A stretch of DNA of 64,000 nucleotides. Source: Convolutriloba macropyga. Lineage: Eukaryota. Below the pieces are notes generated by a model. The model did no database searches, was not told the origin of the DNA, and saw nothing but the letters and a program-made list of their open reading frames with translations. Shown in pieces: positions 35,850-50,330 of the stretch; the first letter of the stretch is position 1; the number at the start of each line of letters is the position of its first letter. The position numbers and the translations under genes were made by a program. The stretch lies in the NCBI RefSeq assembly GCF_964194025.1, contig NC_134480.1:35898001-35962000 (forward strand). Reading direction: 5' to 3'.

Positions 35850-36319
35850 GTAGCCTGTCTTGCCAGTCTTGAAATGTTATTTTTCCTTCTTCCATTTATA
35901 TGAACCCGTATAATTGATATTTTACACCTTTATGCTATCTAATTTTCCATACAAAACTGATTCCAGTGCTCAAATTTAGATTATAGCTGGTCCCTTAATA
36001 AGCTGTACATCACATTATCAGTGGAAACACAAGCCTTATTTTGTTAAATCTTGATAATGAATGTGAGGAAGTTCCGAGCTTGTGCTAGTTGTTTTGAACT
36101 ATTATGTGCCGTGCTTTTGATTTTAGATGGACGACAGCATTTGCAAATATCTTAAAATTTAAAATATTTGAATTGAAATTTTAAGATTTTAAAATATTTT
36201 AAGATATAATTTAGCTTGATTGTTCGGCATTTATTTTAGTGAATGTTCCCGTTGCTAACAGTCGTAAGTCAATATTTTTAAGATTTCGATATTGTGTGTA
36301 AACGATAATCTGTGTTTAG

Positions 36320-36390
36320 GCGGCAAGATGGCACACATCTATTGGTTCTATGGCGAAGAGATCTTAGCAAGTCATAGAAAACTTCATGAG
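36320..36390 (+). CDS. BAHD1: BAHD1-like, exon 4 (BAH WFY strand)
   Basis: TTTAG acceptor, GKMAHIYWFYGEEILASHRKLHE, GTGAG donor; phases fit exons 3 and 5. Confidence 0.78.
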
Positions 36391-38328
36391 GTGAGAAGCA
36401 GTTTGGTGGTTCACCTCTAGCACCCTTTGTCATTAGAAACTTTGTAACTAGAAACAAATTTTTACCGAAATTTGGTTTCCTCATTAGAGCCCCGCCATTA
36501 AAAAATAACTCCGTTTGTTTTTTACAATCAAATTGATTCGGATTATACCGAAGAGCTGTTTTTTAAGCGACTAGTTCAAATGCTTGAAGTTTTTCAAACT
36601 GTTTTAAGCGACTAGTTCAAAGACTTGAAGTTTTTCAAACTTCTTTAAAAGTTGAGCCAAAAATTGAGGTTTAAGCAAATTTTCATTTCATTTGCAGCAA
36701 TCTCTTTAGTTTTCAATGTTTCTCCACGAATGGTAATGTTTATATATGTATTCTAATCGTGCATATATGCAATTGTAGGCACCCCTCAATGGGCAGCTAA
36801 TAGTTTTTAATTGCTCTCAAACAAAGTTTGTAGCAATTATATTAGCCCTGTGGTCTTCTTACGACTCGAAAAGCAGAATTGAGATTCTACAGATTTTTTT
36901 AGCTGAAGTCATGACTTGAAAATTGACTTCTGTTTTCGAACATTAACTTATGTATTGGAACGTTGACTTCTTATTTCGAACATTGGATTTTAAAAGTAGC
37001 TTAGTTTATAATGTATAGTAATTAGGAACTGATGGTAATATACAAGGTTAAAAGGTCTTTCTGATTTAAAAGGTTAAAAGGTCTAGAATTTCTGATTCCA
37101 TATAATCCCTCCAACCTATCTAAACTATCACCTCCCCCAACTACTCCCCCCACATTTCTAACCCCAAATTTTATTTCTTCCACACTTTATATTGCTTTTA
37201 CTTCTTTTCATATTTCTGAAATAGATAGGGTTAGATAGTTTTTATTGCACGACTCTTTGAGTTGTTTCCGGTATTCTACCGGCTATGTTTTTATGTGAGT
37301 TTTCGCTTGACCTATTTTTTGTCTGACGCATTTGACTTTTGTCCTCAAAAGCAGGATAAACAGGTAGGGCATAGAACCCGAAACCTTCCTATACTCGAAG
37401 AATGCAATTCTCTAAAATTGCTTTGAGGAGACAGTTTCATGGTGTGAAGGACGGTTCTTAATCTTAAAAGTTTGACCCCCTCAGTTCCACAGTCATGTCC
37501 CCCGTCATCAGCCCGCTCCAACACTCCCATTGTCCACCCTCCTCTACATCTCGATTTGAACCCCCTCTCATCTAGCCTTCGCAAACCTTCTACCCACCCC
37601 CATCATTCCCGCTCTTCACACACACACACACACACACCAGTCAGCTAGCATTCTCCTAATGCTAGCATGCCTATGCCCCAGCTGGCTACTACCGAAGCCA
37701 GCAGGTCGTTTGAAAGCAATTCTCCCGACGGTTATGTTTAATAGCAGTGATAGCTGAGCGGAGCTATTCTCGGCCTTCTTTTTGGATTGTAATTTTGGAC
37801 TGTATTGATGCTGTCTTTTTTGTAAGATGTGATCACACTTTTTATCATTTTTCTTTCAAAATGGGATAAACAGGTAAAGCACAGTGGTCATCAAAATTCA
37901 ATAGGTCCCTAAGCTGGATTTAGTAGTCTTATATGCTTAGTGGCCCCACTGCTTTTGCCCAAACTGCGAGGGTTTTCTTGTTGTTCGCAGGTTTTTGTTA
38001 CATAGCTCTTGTGCAAGCTAAATTTTCTTAAGTTAAGGAGCAATAAAAGTTTTTTGTGGCTTGAACGTGTGGTATTGGGCTAATTTTGCCGGTACAAAAT
38101 TGGTTTTGAGTTTATAAGCTTGAAAAATTTTTTATAACTTTTTATTAAGTTAAGTTTTGCTAATTTTCTTCAAAGGTTTCAGTGACAAAAAGCGGAGGAG
38201 AGATATAATTGGAAATCTCAGAAATTGGAGTGTCTTGATTCCTTCTCTATTATCATTTTTGTGGCGTAACTTAAAAGCAAATTTCAAGAAGGGATTGGAA
38301 TTAGTTACTTGTGCATGTTTTTTTTCAG

Positions 38329-38649
38329 CGAGAACTAATGGCTTCAAAACACGCCGATGACATTGACTTAAACTGTATTGACGACAAATGCTATGTGCTA
38401 ACAAGACAACAGTACGGGAGGTACGTGGCCGACCAAATGATGCGACGCGACAACAGGTGGCTGAAGAGAATGGCCCGGAGACCTCTGACCCTATCCCCGG
38501 TTACCCCTCCGGTGAGGATATCACCCCAACATGCCTCCCAGAGGATTCCATCATTGGAACGGCTGAACGAAGCAGATCCGGAATTGGTATTTTGGTGCAG
38601 CAAAGTGTTTGATTTGCAAAGGAAGCAGATTCTTAAGAACCCTCACTAA
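38329..38649 (+). CDS. BAHD1: BAHD1-like, terminal exon
   Basis: RELMASKHADDIDLNCIDDKCYVLT...DPELVFWCSKVFDLQRKQILKNPH* closely resembles the BAHD1 C-terminus (EVFASRH.D...CIEEKCYVLT...[22 protein letters not shown]). Confidence 0.88.
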   Translation, partial: RELMASKHADDIDLNCIDDKCYVLTRQQYGRYVADQMMRRDNRWLKRMARRPLTLSPVTPPVRISPQHASQRIPSLERLNEADPELVFWCSKVFDLQRKQILKNPH

Positions 38650-41571
38650 TGACCGACAGCAATAATCAGTAACTCATAGTTATCAGTCTAAGTTGATTCT
38701 TATGGAAGATATTTATTGTGGTGTTTTTAAGGATCTTTAGCAATCTTCCTTCTTGCCCCCTTTTGGTTTTCCACAGATTTTTCCGGTCATTTCCTCAACC
38801 AAAGATGAAAAGAATTTCGTCGGACTTTATATAATTTGCATGGCATCAATAGTGATAAAAACTTACTGCTAGTCACAGCCACGCCTCTCATTGGTTAGCT
38901 AATATAATTCGGGAACATTGGACCGTTGGTTGGGTATGGTTTTTTCTCCACTCTTTTAAACACCTGCCACAGCTTTGAATATTTTTAGGTTAATTGAGCA
39001 TTATAATTGAAGCTGGCTGATCAAATTTTTGCTAATTTTTTCGCGAGTGGAATTAGTTGTAAAATGTAGTTAGATTGCTGAAAAGAGCCTTTCCACTTCT
39101 CTGACATTTTTGCACGTCGGAGACGAAATTTGGTTATACATGGTTATGTATGCATAATTCTCCTTATTGTTATCCAAGTGTAGAAGCTTTCATGAGTAGA
39201 AGTGTAGAAGCTAACGAAGATACTAATCAGATAAATCTTGACAATAGCAATAAAGGGGAAGGGATAAAAACGACTATGCATATATTTGCAGAAGGATAGT
39301 TGAGCATTAATCATGAGTTTTGATGAATCCGGAAAATGCTGCTCGATTGGACTACGTAGCTCCGATTAAACATCTTGATTAAACATATATGTTGAAATTC
39401 GTGACCTCTTGAGTAAACATTTATGTTGCAACTGGTGATCAATTTTATTCGCGCATTATTGAACTTATGCGTAAACCTAATTGTTCTAAAAGAAACGAAA
39501 CGTTGCTTAAAACAGATTTTTTAAAAAAAAACTAAGGATCGGTACCCTTTGGCACAAAAAATTACTCACGAGAATTTTAATTCTGGAGAAAAGTGGCCTT
39601 CAGTGACCTTGCATTGGAAACTATGTATGTGGTTTCAGTGAAAAAAATTGACGAAATTCAGTGGTATCGGGATATTATGTAATTTTGGTATTTTGAAATA
39701 ACTGATTTTTACTTGATTTCTATTCTTTGTTTCTTTCCCATTCTAATGGGTCAATTGTGGACCACCTTCAATAACATTTTCTTTATTTGACAAATTTGAC
39801 GTATTGGATTACATTGGGAATGATACACACTTCGGACAGTTTTGTTTATTTGAAAAATAAATTAAATATAACTGAAATTGAACACCTTATGTGCAGCTGA
39901 GAGATTTTTGGAGTCTGCTGTCAACTTAATTGCCAGACGCACTCATTTTTTCCTAACGAACCTTTCGAAATTAAAAATTTTGGGCGCTAGTCAGTCCAAA
40001 GCTGGAAACCTAACGATAATTAATAAATTTCTACAGTACTAGCTGTATTTTATTGAGCCATTTTTGTTCTATGGATGTCTTGGTGACATAAATTTGTATG
40101 TTTTTGAAACGATTCCCAGACTTTTTCAATTTCTGGATTTCTTGAGAAGACAGGTGTAAAGTTCTCTGACATTTTCACTTGTCGCCTTCTCCTGTTTCAG
40201 TTTCGAGGTAATTAAAATGAAAACATGAAAAACCAGGATGACTATTAATATAAATTAGAAATACAACATAATACAACATAGCTCATTAATACAACATAGC
40301 TCTTGAGGAACGGCGCGCATAACCAAAATTACACAGATTTCTGAATTGTTCCAACCCACCACGAAATGAGGGGTTTGGGACTTTATAACAATTCGACTTT
40401 TTTGTAGAGCCAAATTTGACTGATCAATGTCTCTAATAGACAGAGACAAAACTGGGATCACTGGAAATCATTTTTGATTTACATTTTCAAATTTTGAGAG
40501 TTTAATTAGAATTAGTTATTTTGAGCTTGATTTGAAGAAATGTGTCTCAAGAATGGCGAGTCTCTTGCTTAGACTATCCAAAGTGTTTTTGACGCAAAAT
40601 TAAAAAAAAAATTGATCAAAATAGACATCAGATAATTACTATTAATCTATTCGACTGCGTCCTTAAGCTAGCATGCGCATTTTGGAGCCATTGGATGTTC
40701 GTATTTCTATTTGTGGAAGTGGGTCAAATAGAAAAAAAATTTTTTGTCACGCTTCTTTTTGAACCTTGTTCTTGTAAATCATTAGAATGCACTCCTTGTT
40801 CAATATGTTTAATATACTTTGAGGCTATTTGAGTAGTAAGAACTCGACGTAAGTTGTCAGTTCTCTAGCATTAAGTGGAACAATCAATATGAAAAACGGA
40901 CTTTAAAAGTAATTGGAGGAAAACTTTGCAATACAAATCTGTTGATATGCATCTGAATTCAACAAGTTCTGACAAGTTGCTCGGTAATTGATGGGTTGAG
41001 TCACTTTATGCGGACACACATTACTGATCCAACCTTGTTTACAGATAATCTCCAACGTGCGAAAATTGAGGTATAGATTTCTGATTCTAATATTTTTTCG
41101 GCATAAAATCGATTATAATATTTTGTCATGTATACATTTGGTGCTATCACGTGTTGCAGAATAGATGTTTCATTACCCTACTACATGCTATAATGGTGCT
41201 TCCTTGTTTACTTTGTGCGATTGACATCACCTCATTTTGATTAAGACTTTCTTGCATAATATTTTGTCGTGGGCTCAAAATAACAGAAAAATATCATTTA
41301 TGTGCGTGTTTGTAAATGTACTGTAATAGTTAATCGCTAATAGAAGGTATTAATTGACAGATTTGTTCATCAATCTCAAATCAATTGGTTCTCCAGAACA
41401 TTCCAAAGTTCGATCAGGTGTCATTTAAGTTAACAATGTTCAATTTTTTCAGATCCAAAATGTGAAATCATTGCTAAATTACAGCGTGGTACCAGCCAGC
41501 TTAGCTTTCAGTTTGTATATAGATGTAAAGAAACTATTTATATTATTTGTCTCTAAGTAATTATCCTCAAA

Positions 41572-42712
41572 ATGCTTCCCAAATTTCCATCGGGTGGTGG
41601 GAATAAAGGTGGATTTAGCTCAACATGGAGCAGTTACCTACCGTACGTTGATACGTTTAAAAAACGAGCTTGTAGATTTATTCTTCATCACTACTTGGGT
41701 CGCTTTTTGAAAGATCATTTGACCTTGGACCAGCTTACTATTGACCTCTACAATGGCACGGGGTCCCTACACAACGTCCCGATTGACATCTACAGTGTCA
41801 ATGACGTCCTTGAAAGCCAAGGAATCCCGATCGAACTAGTTAGCGGAGACATTGCAACAATAACAGTCAGTATTCCGTGGTCTAATATATTCCAAAATGC
41901 GTCCAAAGTTGAAATTCGATCACTCAATATTGCGATCAAAGGTCAGTCTGCCTCGTCTGATTCAACTTTCTTGACCGAATCTTACTTCAACAGTTTAATG
42001 AACACGAGTATGCAAGTTGCTCAAAAATGTCTGAAAGATGGCGAGCTGGCGTCGAACTTCGGATCGTCGCCGCCGTCAAGTTTAGACTCAAGATCAGATG
42101 GTCATCCTAATCCGAGATCCGGGAATCGACAACAACAGCAAGGCGAGGCGGTAGAGTTTTTCGCGCAGGCAATTGAGACTGTATTGTTGAAAGTTCGGAT
42201 ATCATTAATTAATACCAAAATTAGGTTTGAATCTTCAGATCCTTACTCGGACTCAATTGAAATAATCGTTGAGAGAATTGATTTCTTCGACGATTCAGTG
42301 TCAGAAGAAGAAAATTTAGTCAATTCTTCGGAAAATGAGGTTGAAAAGGAAGCGACGCCTCAATTTTTTACTTCAAACTTTTCCACAAAGGTTTTCAAGC
42401 TCGAAGGGATGTCGATAAATCATGTGCCTAACGCATGCAACGTGAACAAAGTTATGACGGAAGTCCTAACAACTGAGGAAATGAACGCGGCTATGGGAAG
42501 AGGTCAAAATGGCGACAAACAAGGTGTCAATCCGGTTAAAATTGGGGAGTTTTTAGGAAAACTGGAAGCGAAAGTGAAGATGAAGCAAAACCCGTCTGTG
42601 AGCGGGGCGAAATTATCAGTTGACTGTATGTTGGGGTCTTTGTCTTTGTTCACACAGCCAAAGCACATCAAGGTTCTGGTGGATGTGTTGGATGGTTTCA
42701 TCAATTCTTCAG
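41572..42712 (+). CDS. ATG2: Autophagy-related protein 2, exon 1 (Chorein_N domain)
   Basis: FKKRACRFILHHYLGRFLKDHLTLDQLTIDLYNGTGSLHNVPID is the ATG2 N-terminal signature; FAQAIETVL motif; GTAAGT donor at 42713. Confidence 0.95.
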
Positions 42713-45301
42713 GTAAGTGCAAAAGTTCAGTAAGTGCTAGAGTGAAATTCAAAAGTTATTACTGGAGTTGTAATGAATTCTTGATAGTGTAACTAACCAC
42801 TATATCGTGGAATAAGGGAAGGAACTTGCCGAGACTGGCTTTCTGGTTTGTTATTTTTGTACTCGAAATAATCAATGCATGAAGAGGAGTGGTGTGATCT
42901 TGGAAGCCAAGCGGATTTTTTAATTTCACACTTTTGGGCCAGACGGGAATAGTTTGGAAAAATCTGTATTTTCTCCAAAAATCATGGCAATTGTGTTTAT
43001 TTGCAGTTTTTGTTTTATTCCACAGAAACTGAAAGTAATGTTGTCATGAAGTTTTACGCAAATGCTCTTGTATGAAGGATTAATCACAAAATTCAAAAAT
43101 TTTCAAACTTCTGTCTTTGAAATCTCTTTACAATGAATTGTAGGAATGTAAAACTAATAAGCATGGCTCTGTTGATTTTGTGCTGTTGGTGTAGACTGTA
43201 AAGTTGCATCTAAAAGATTTTCTTAGGAAAGTTGTTGCTAGTTTTGTCAATAGTTCCTTGGACCTTCTTTGCCTCTGTTTGTCCTAAAGTTTTTTTTAAT
43301 TGCTCTCGAATTAAGTTAGGAGCAATTATAGTGAAAGTGTGTCTTTTATGCAAAATTTGCGAGTGACTCACACTTGACTTCTTGTGATCTAAAATGTTCT
43401 CATTCCAAATCTCGGTTGCAAACATGAACCCGATTGAAAGGGAAGTAGTATCAAACCCCCTGTAGGTTAATGGTCAAAGTGTCAGATGACTATTCGTAAG
43501 ATCGTGCGTTTGAACCCCTCTCTAGTTGGTTTTTCAACCATCAGAATACTTCTAAGCTGCCTCCTCGTAATTAAGTTTTCCTGCCTGTCATTGCGAAGTA
43601 TTTCATCCCACGTTCTCTGTTCATGTTTAATTGCTCTTGAACGAAATTCATAGCAATTATTGTAAGCGTGTGACTTCTTTTATGCAAAATTTTCGCCTGA
43701 CAATTTTGACTTTTCGAGTAACTTTTACGCCCTTGACTTCTTGCGTTTCGCGTGATCTAAAATTCTCTCTCAATCACAATTTTAAGCAGATGAATTCAAT
43801 TGGCGGCAATTTTATACTAAAAGTCAAATGAAAAGTGCGCCGAAACTGGTGCCATTTTTTACTTTAAATCTTAATAGTGGTTTGTTAACCTCTAGTGTGG
43901 TTATTTGATGCCCACTATTGAACTTCTTAGTCCCATTTAGGCTCCCCCTCCCTCCCTCCCCCGACTCAAGCAGGCTGCAATTGATTAGAGCTCCCACTAG
44001 TTGTTCGAGAGCAATTCTTCCGACGTTTAGTCGGCTATGTTTTGAATAGCTCTCAAAAAAAATTGTGGAAAGTTTTTGGTCCTGGTATTTTAATTTGATT
44101 TTGCTCTTTTTCAATTTTTCGTCTGACCATTTGATTTTCTTTTCATAAACGGGATAAACTTGTAAAATTGAATAGATGAGCAATTGTTTTAGATCTTTTA
44201 CTAATCTCTGATTAAACGGTTCATCAAAACTGCTGAGTACGAATGATTCCTTGAAAAGTCACCGAAGGGGTGTTTGACGCCTGCTGCTACCAAAGGTACT
44301 CGCCAGCCGTTTGAGAGCAGTTCGCCTGACGCTTGTCAGTTATGTTTAATAAATTTGACTCTAAATATAGATTAGCATAGTCCAGAGCTGTTTCGATGGT
44401 TGCTTTAAGTTTCATTCTTTTGGCGGCCTGAACAGTTATTTTGAAAGTCCTAAAACTAATTTAAATTTTCGGAATTTTGTCCGGGTTTCTCACGGTCAAA
44501 TAAACAAAAGACAGAAATAAAAATAATGCAGTTGTTGCTGTTTATGTCGAGAAAAGGACTACCTTAAACAGCTCATAAGTTTTTTTGTTGTGTGAGCACT
44601 TATGCGCTGAAAATTCCGCTGAGAATTATTTCACCTTGAAATCTTTAGTGCCTCATAGTTGAAATCTTGAGCGCGACGAGAAATTTAAGTAAATCAACAT
44701 TTTTTCAAATAGCAGATACTGCATGTGCTCTTTTTTTATTAATCATCCATGCAATTTTAGTTGCATGTGAGAATCTACAGACTACATCATTCCTATTGAA
44801 TAAAATGATCGTGTGCTGAAAATTTTGAATAAAGTTTTATTGTTTCCTAATGCCTTTCATCGCTCAAATGCTTAAGTGGAATGCAAGGGGCATGGGATGT
44901 TAGACGAAAGGAATTTTTGCAGACGTGAGAAAAAAACTTGTCCAGTTTAGGTAAACAAGTACAAATAGTGCTTCGTATTTTTTCAAACTTTTAATCATTT
45001 GTGGCCTAAAATAAACAGGAAAATAATATAGAGGTAAAATGTAAAATAATTAATTGTTGCTTTAATCAATTTTTCAGCTATGGGAGCAATAATGGAAAAC
45101 AAAAACTTGTGGGATTATTTAAACTTAGTGCTGCAGTTGATCAAAACTTATTCTTTATTTAAAAAAATTTATTATGCTGTTAATTGGCTCGGTCAATATA
45201 GAAATTGATTGAAATTGTCGTGCATTCCGTGGTCATTGGGTGTTCAGAATGTGGTGTCTTTATTCTATCTTATTAATCCTATTAACTCTTTGTGTTTCTA
45301 G

Positions 45302-45643
45302 CTCCAAATGCATTGCATGAACCACCTATGGAGCCCAGCTTGAGCACTGGAACAACTGACAAATCAGGCCTTATGTTTGCAACATGTCAATTTGAGAACG
45401 AAATCAACATTCACCAAAATCTCCCGTCTCTCGGAGCCCCAGGTCACAAGAGGAACACCGGATCTGCAGGTCTGTATCAAGGACATGAGAGGCTTCCAGT
45501 GGAGATGCCATCGTATTACCCGAACAACTCCAGTGTCGTGTACAATGATGATGATTTCTACTCAATATACGACGACGCCTCTGAACATAATTCTATGACG
45601 TCATCGATGATTTCGGGAAGTACCACGACTGCCACCACACAAG
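45302..45643 (+). CDS. ATG2: ATG2 exon 2 (low-complexity linker)
   Basis: TTTCTAG acceptor, phase 1 at both ends, DDDFYSI segment, GTACGT donor. Confidence 0.75.
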
Positions 45644-45849
45644 GTACGTAAACATCCTTCTAGTTCCCTTCGCGCCTTTCAAGAGATCTAACCTAATTTT
45701 GAAGTGCCATTGCAGTCAGGCAGCTTTATTAAGTTGAAATCACTAAAAAGTTCAAAAAGGGATTGGTCATGGTATTTTTAATTCACATTTACATTGATTA
45801 TAGAAGAGAATGACAGCGTTGAGTCATAAATATTATTTTCATTTTTTAG

Positions 45850-47474
45850 CTTTTGATCAGCGAAAGGAACGAGCAACTGACAAACATCACGATCCGACTA
45901 TGGTTAACATTAGACTCAATGGACTATCTTTGGTTCTGTTAGAATCGACCACTGAAGATTTCAACGCTTTATCTGACAATTTTTACCTCAAACTACACGA
46001 AGTTACCAACTTGCGATGTGGGTTTGGACCCAAGGACGCCTACGATCAAAAGAAACTTATCGAATCCGCCTGTGATTTGAATCATATAACCTTACTTGCA
46101 TGTCCTGTTAATATGAGGCTCATTCTTAACCAATCAAAAAAGGGATCGAAGTCTAATGCGCTTCTGACTTTCGCGTTTTTTGAAATCACAGAATGCTTAA
46201 ACACGCCTTCTGAAAAACAAGAATCAACTATACTGACATTTGTGAATCAGAAGAATTTTTCACCGAATGATATCTTAGTGCAACCGAATATGAAAATAGA
46301 CATTACGTGGTCTAGTAGCGCTTCAAAAACGGACCTATCTGAACCCAAAAAGCGTGTCAATTTCTTATTGGACCTGATGCCAACTATTTTGAATGTAGAT
46401 TTGACTTTACTTGACCGATTATATGAGTTTTTCAAGCCAGAAACCCGGACAAAACCAGAGATTTTTACAGCTTCGGAGGCGTTCGTGCTCGATCCAGAAA
46501 AGGACATTTTGGAAGAGAATAGTAGTGAAACTGTTTCCAGTTTCGAACTTAGATGTCCAGATTTAGATTTGACCTTTTACATTCCAATTCCAATTTTTGA
46601 AGAAGAGAAATCACTGCTAGTGTCCACGCAAAGATTAATACGAAACGAGGCTTTCGAGTTTCAATTCACATCGATGTCGTTAAAGTTTGATTTTACCAAA
46701 ATCGAGGAAGATTTATCCGTGTGTTTAGACGCAAACTCAATTGATATGTTACTAGTTTCGAGTGTTGTTAGTTTAAGACTGTGCAGAATTAGTTCAGATC
46801 AAAGGAGTAAACCTTTTGTCTCTTTCAAGCTCTATCCCTTTCACTGTGAACTTGAATCCGCCAATCATTTCGATATGAACACAGCTTCGATGTACGATTC
46901 GTTCCCCTGTGATTTTTCATCAAATTCACGTGGCAAAAAATCGCCTTTTAGTTGGAAAGTTGTGATTCACAATTCACAACCTGTTGTTAACTGTGGAACT
47001 CATAAAGAAATGCGTGAATTTGCGGACGAGTGTCTAGGTGATTCTAGATTAGTGCTTAAAATATCTTTACCTCATGTTTCCTTTTTCATCCCTAACAAAG
47101 CCGTATTTGACTTAGTATACAACCGGTTCTCAAACGATCTCTTGCTATGGGAGCCATTATTTTCAAAAATGACGCCAGTGGAAAGCTTGACGGGTTCTGG
47201 AACATCAAAAGTTGGTCTGGGCCTGGCTAGTCAAGCAGCCGCAATTTCAAGAGGGAAGCAACATTTCTCAATGTGTAAATCGGGTATCAGAAGTGCGTAT
47301 GGTAACTTGAGCCAGGGTAGCGATGACGGGGAAACTACTTTGGATGGCGAGAATGAAAATGAGTCATTATATGGAGAGAGTGACAGTGACCGAGAAGCTT
47401 CGCAAAGTTGGTTATCGTTGCAAGTGAAGTTTGGAACAGTTCAACTGGCGCTGTCGGATGTTGATAAAAACAAT
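45850..47474 (+). CDS. ATG2: ATG2 exon 3
   Basis: 559-aa ORF with ATG2 motifs VDLTLLDRL, KSPFS, LVYNRFSNDLLLWEP and FSMCKSG; GTAAGA donor. Confidence 0.92.
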
Positions 47475-49792
47475 GTAAGAATTTTTTGACATGGTCCTTG
47501 AAACAGGCAGGTGCAGGTTTTCTTGAAATGCTAGATCGCCGCTGTGTCGCAATTTCGTATTTACAGCGCACGATTTTAAAACTTGCGAAATGTGTATTTC
47601 AAGCAAGATTACGTGTTTCGGCTGAAGTACATCTTTTCACATCTCGCACTGCTACGTTCTCCACTAATGCCAGGCTATAGCAATTATACAACATATTTTA
47701 GCATGATCGTACCTCTCGCAAAAAGTGCAATGTTTAATTACTTTCAAACGAAGTTTATAGCAATCATATTAGTCCTGTAGTCTTTTTTTATGCGATTTTT
47801 CGTTTGCCCGATTTTTCGTTTGACCGATTTTTCGTTTGACCAATTTTTTATCTGACCCTTTTGACTTTTTGTCGTCAAAGAAGGTTTAATTAGGTATCGC
47901 CCTGATGGTATTAAGTGGCTGAGGAACTGTCCTTGAGCCTTATGACTTGATAGTTCTTAAGTGTGCGATTGACCGAAACTGTTTTTAAAGACAATTTCAT
48001 GGTATGAAGGGTGGTTTTAATCTTAAAAATGTGATCCTCTCATTCAACCCCCCCCCCCCCCCCCCCTCCGTAACACTCTCCTCTAGTCCATACTCCTAAA
48101 TTTGGCGATTTGAAACCCCCCTCGTCCAGCCCTTCCAACCCCTACCCACCACCGCCGTCGGTTGACCCCCCGCCCGTCAACGATTGACCCACCCCCACTT
48201 CACTCACACTCCCATGCTAGCTGCCCTAAGTCCCAGCTGATTACTAGCAAAGCCAACCGATTGCGAGTTGTTTGAGAGCAATCCGCCCAACATTAGTCGG
48301 TTACGTTTTTTTCAAACTTAGCTTTTCAGTCTAGCAATGAAACAATAATTGTTGTTAGTGCTTCATAGCAGCGCCTTGCAATGACTGTTGACGTGCTCCT
48401 CGATAAATTTTGTTGCTCTAAAACAGATTTTGTACCATTTATTTTTATTCTGTGGTCTTTTTATATAATTTTTTACTGGATCGACTTTTCGTCTGACGAT
48501 TTTGATTCAAAAAGAGGATAGACAGTTAAAGCCCGGAGGGTATTAATATTCTTGGCAGCTCTAAAAGCTTTACTAGTCTCTAAATGTTTAAAACACCGAA
48601 GCTGCTGAGATGACATCAATTTTTGCGTTGATTTAGGCTTCCCTCACTTCGCATCAGTTTTTTTGTTGGTTTAGCGTTTCCTCACTCTGCCTCTGTTAGC
48701 CTCCATTATGCAACCTTCTATTACACTCTCTGTTAATCTAAAGCTATCCTCAGCTAGCTTCTGAATAGACCAACGGCTCATGAGTTGAGGTTAGTTGGTT
48801 GTTTTTTGTTTTGTTGCCTGACTCTTATTTTTTGTATTATTTTTCTTCGCCTGGCAAGTCTCAAAAACAGCATTTCCTTCGTCTCTTCAAGCAGCTTTGC
48901 AACTGTTTTTATGTTTGTGATTGAACTTGTAATAATCGTAAATGACTTACTTTGCTCTCTGAATGACTTTCAACTCTTGGTGACTTTATATTTTAGTGAC
49001 TTACGCTTACTCTCAAAACTTTTTGAGGTCAAAAATAAAGGCTGTTACTAAAAAGAATTCGGACTAAATGTTAACCGCTGGAATGTTTTCAAAAAAATGT
49101 TTGAAAACTACGAAAGTTTTCAATACTTTTTTTTATCTCTACGACCACATTTTGTTTACACTTTTGCTGAAGGTATTAGGTATTATCGGCCGTCTCATGT
49201 TTTTTGATATTCAAATATGTTGAATTGTATTGATTTACTGTCTTTTTTAAGATCTGTTTACATTTTTGATTTTTAGAAATCAAATTTGAGTGCGGACATT
49301 GGTCTAACGGAAAAAGGAAGTTGAGGCAAAAGTCAATTGGTTTTGTGTGAAATTGTATCAATCGAATTAGTAAGTACTGAGAGAACGGTGTTTAAAAAAT
49401 GTGTTTTTCGAAATGAGTTTCCAAATCCGTTGCTAGTCATTTTTAGATCTAGATTTTTGTTAGTCATTGAAAATTATTTGAATTGTTGTTAAGTATTTGA
49501 CCTGTGATTTTTTTGTCGTCAACATTTTTTTTAAAAGATCAGTTACATCACGCTCACTTCAAACCAGCTTTTTTTGCGTTCAGTCATGCAATTTTCTGAC
49601 TGATTTGCGTGTATGGCGGCATTTATAGCTAGCTATCATGCTAGCTAACATTGCTGACCGTGAGTTTTTCAGATTTTCTGCAATTTTCCATCTGATGAAG
49701 TGCATATATTAGATTAATGGGATGATAAAAGGTTTTGTAAGGTTTTTATTCATATTTGTGGACAACGATTTTAGGATAGCTTTGTTTTTTAG

Positions 49793-49928
49793 GCTGACGT
49801 GATTTCGTTCCAATCATTCTCTGACCTGAAAAATGGGACTCTGTTTGTGGTAGCTGGCCATGCAGGATGCAGCGACACTACAATCATCACAATGTCATGC
49901 TTCGACGGACAGTACTACCATAGTGAAG
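49793..49928 (+). CDS. ATG2: ATG2 exon 4
   Basis: ADVISFQSFSDLKNGTLFVVAGHAG...YYHSE; AG/GT bounded and phase-consistent. Confidence 0.75.
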
Positions 49929-50066
49929 GTCAGCATCGCATTCGCATCGCATTCCTTTCATATTGCGCTAATTCGTGAAATATGACCACAAAAGACCAAG
50001 ACGTTGTTTAATTACCAATTATTAATAGCCGCCCTCATCTTCTCAGCCGGCTATTATTGCGCTCGT

Positions 50067-50330
50067 ATTTTTTTTTACAATTCAAAGAATTTGAATTGTA
50101 TTGGGGCGCTGTCTTTTTTTTAAGATCTGTTCACACATTTTCATGATTTTTGAAGTCAAATTGGAGTAGTGATTTTGATCACGCCGAAACAGGAAATGGA
50201 GCGAAAAAGCGAGTGGTTTTGCGGCGTGAATTTTTTTCGCTCTAATTTTAAAGTAGAGTGAGAAAACGGTGTTTGAACAAAAATTCGGTTTCTCGGTAGT
50301 GGTTTTTTGTTCACATGCGGCAATTTCTCT
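50067..50330 (-). repeat. Dispersed repeat (copy of 1-262), in ATG2 intron 4
   Basis: See 1-262. Confidence 0.85.
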
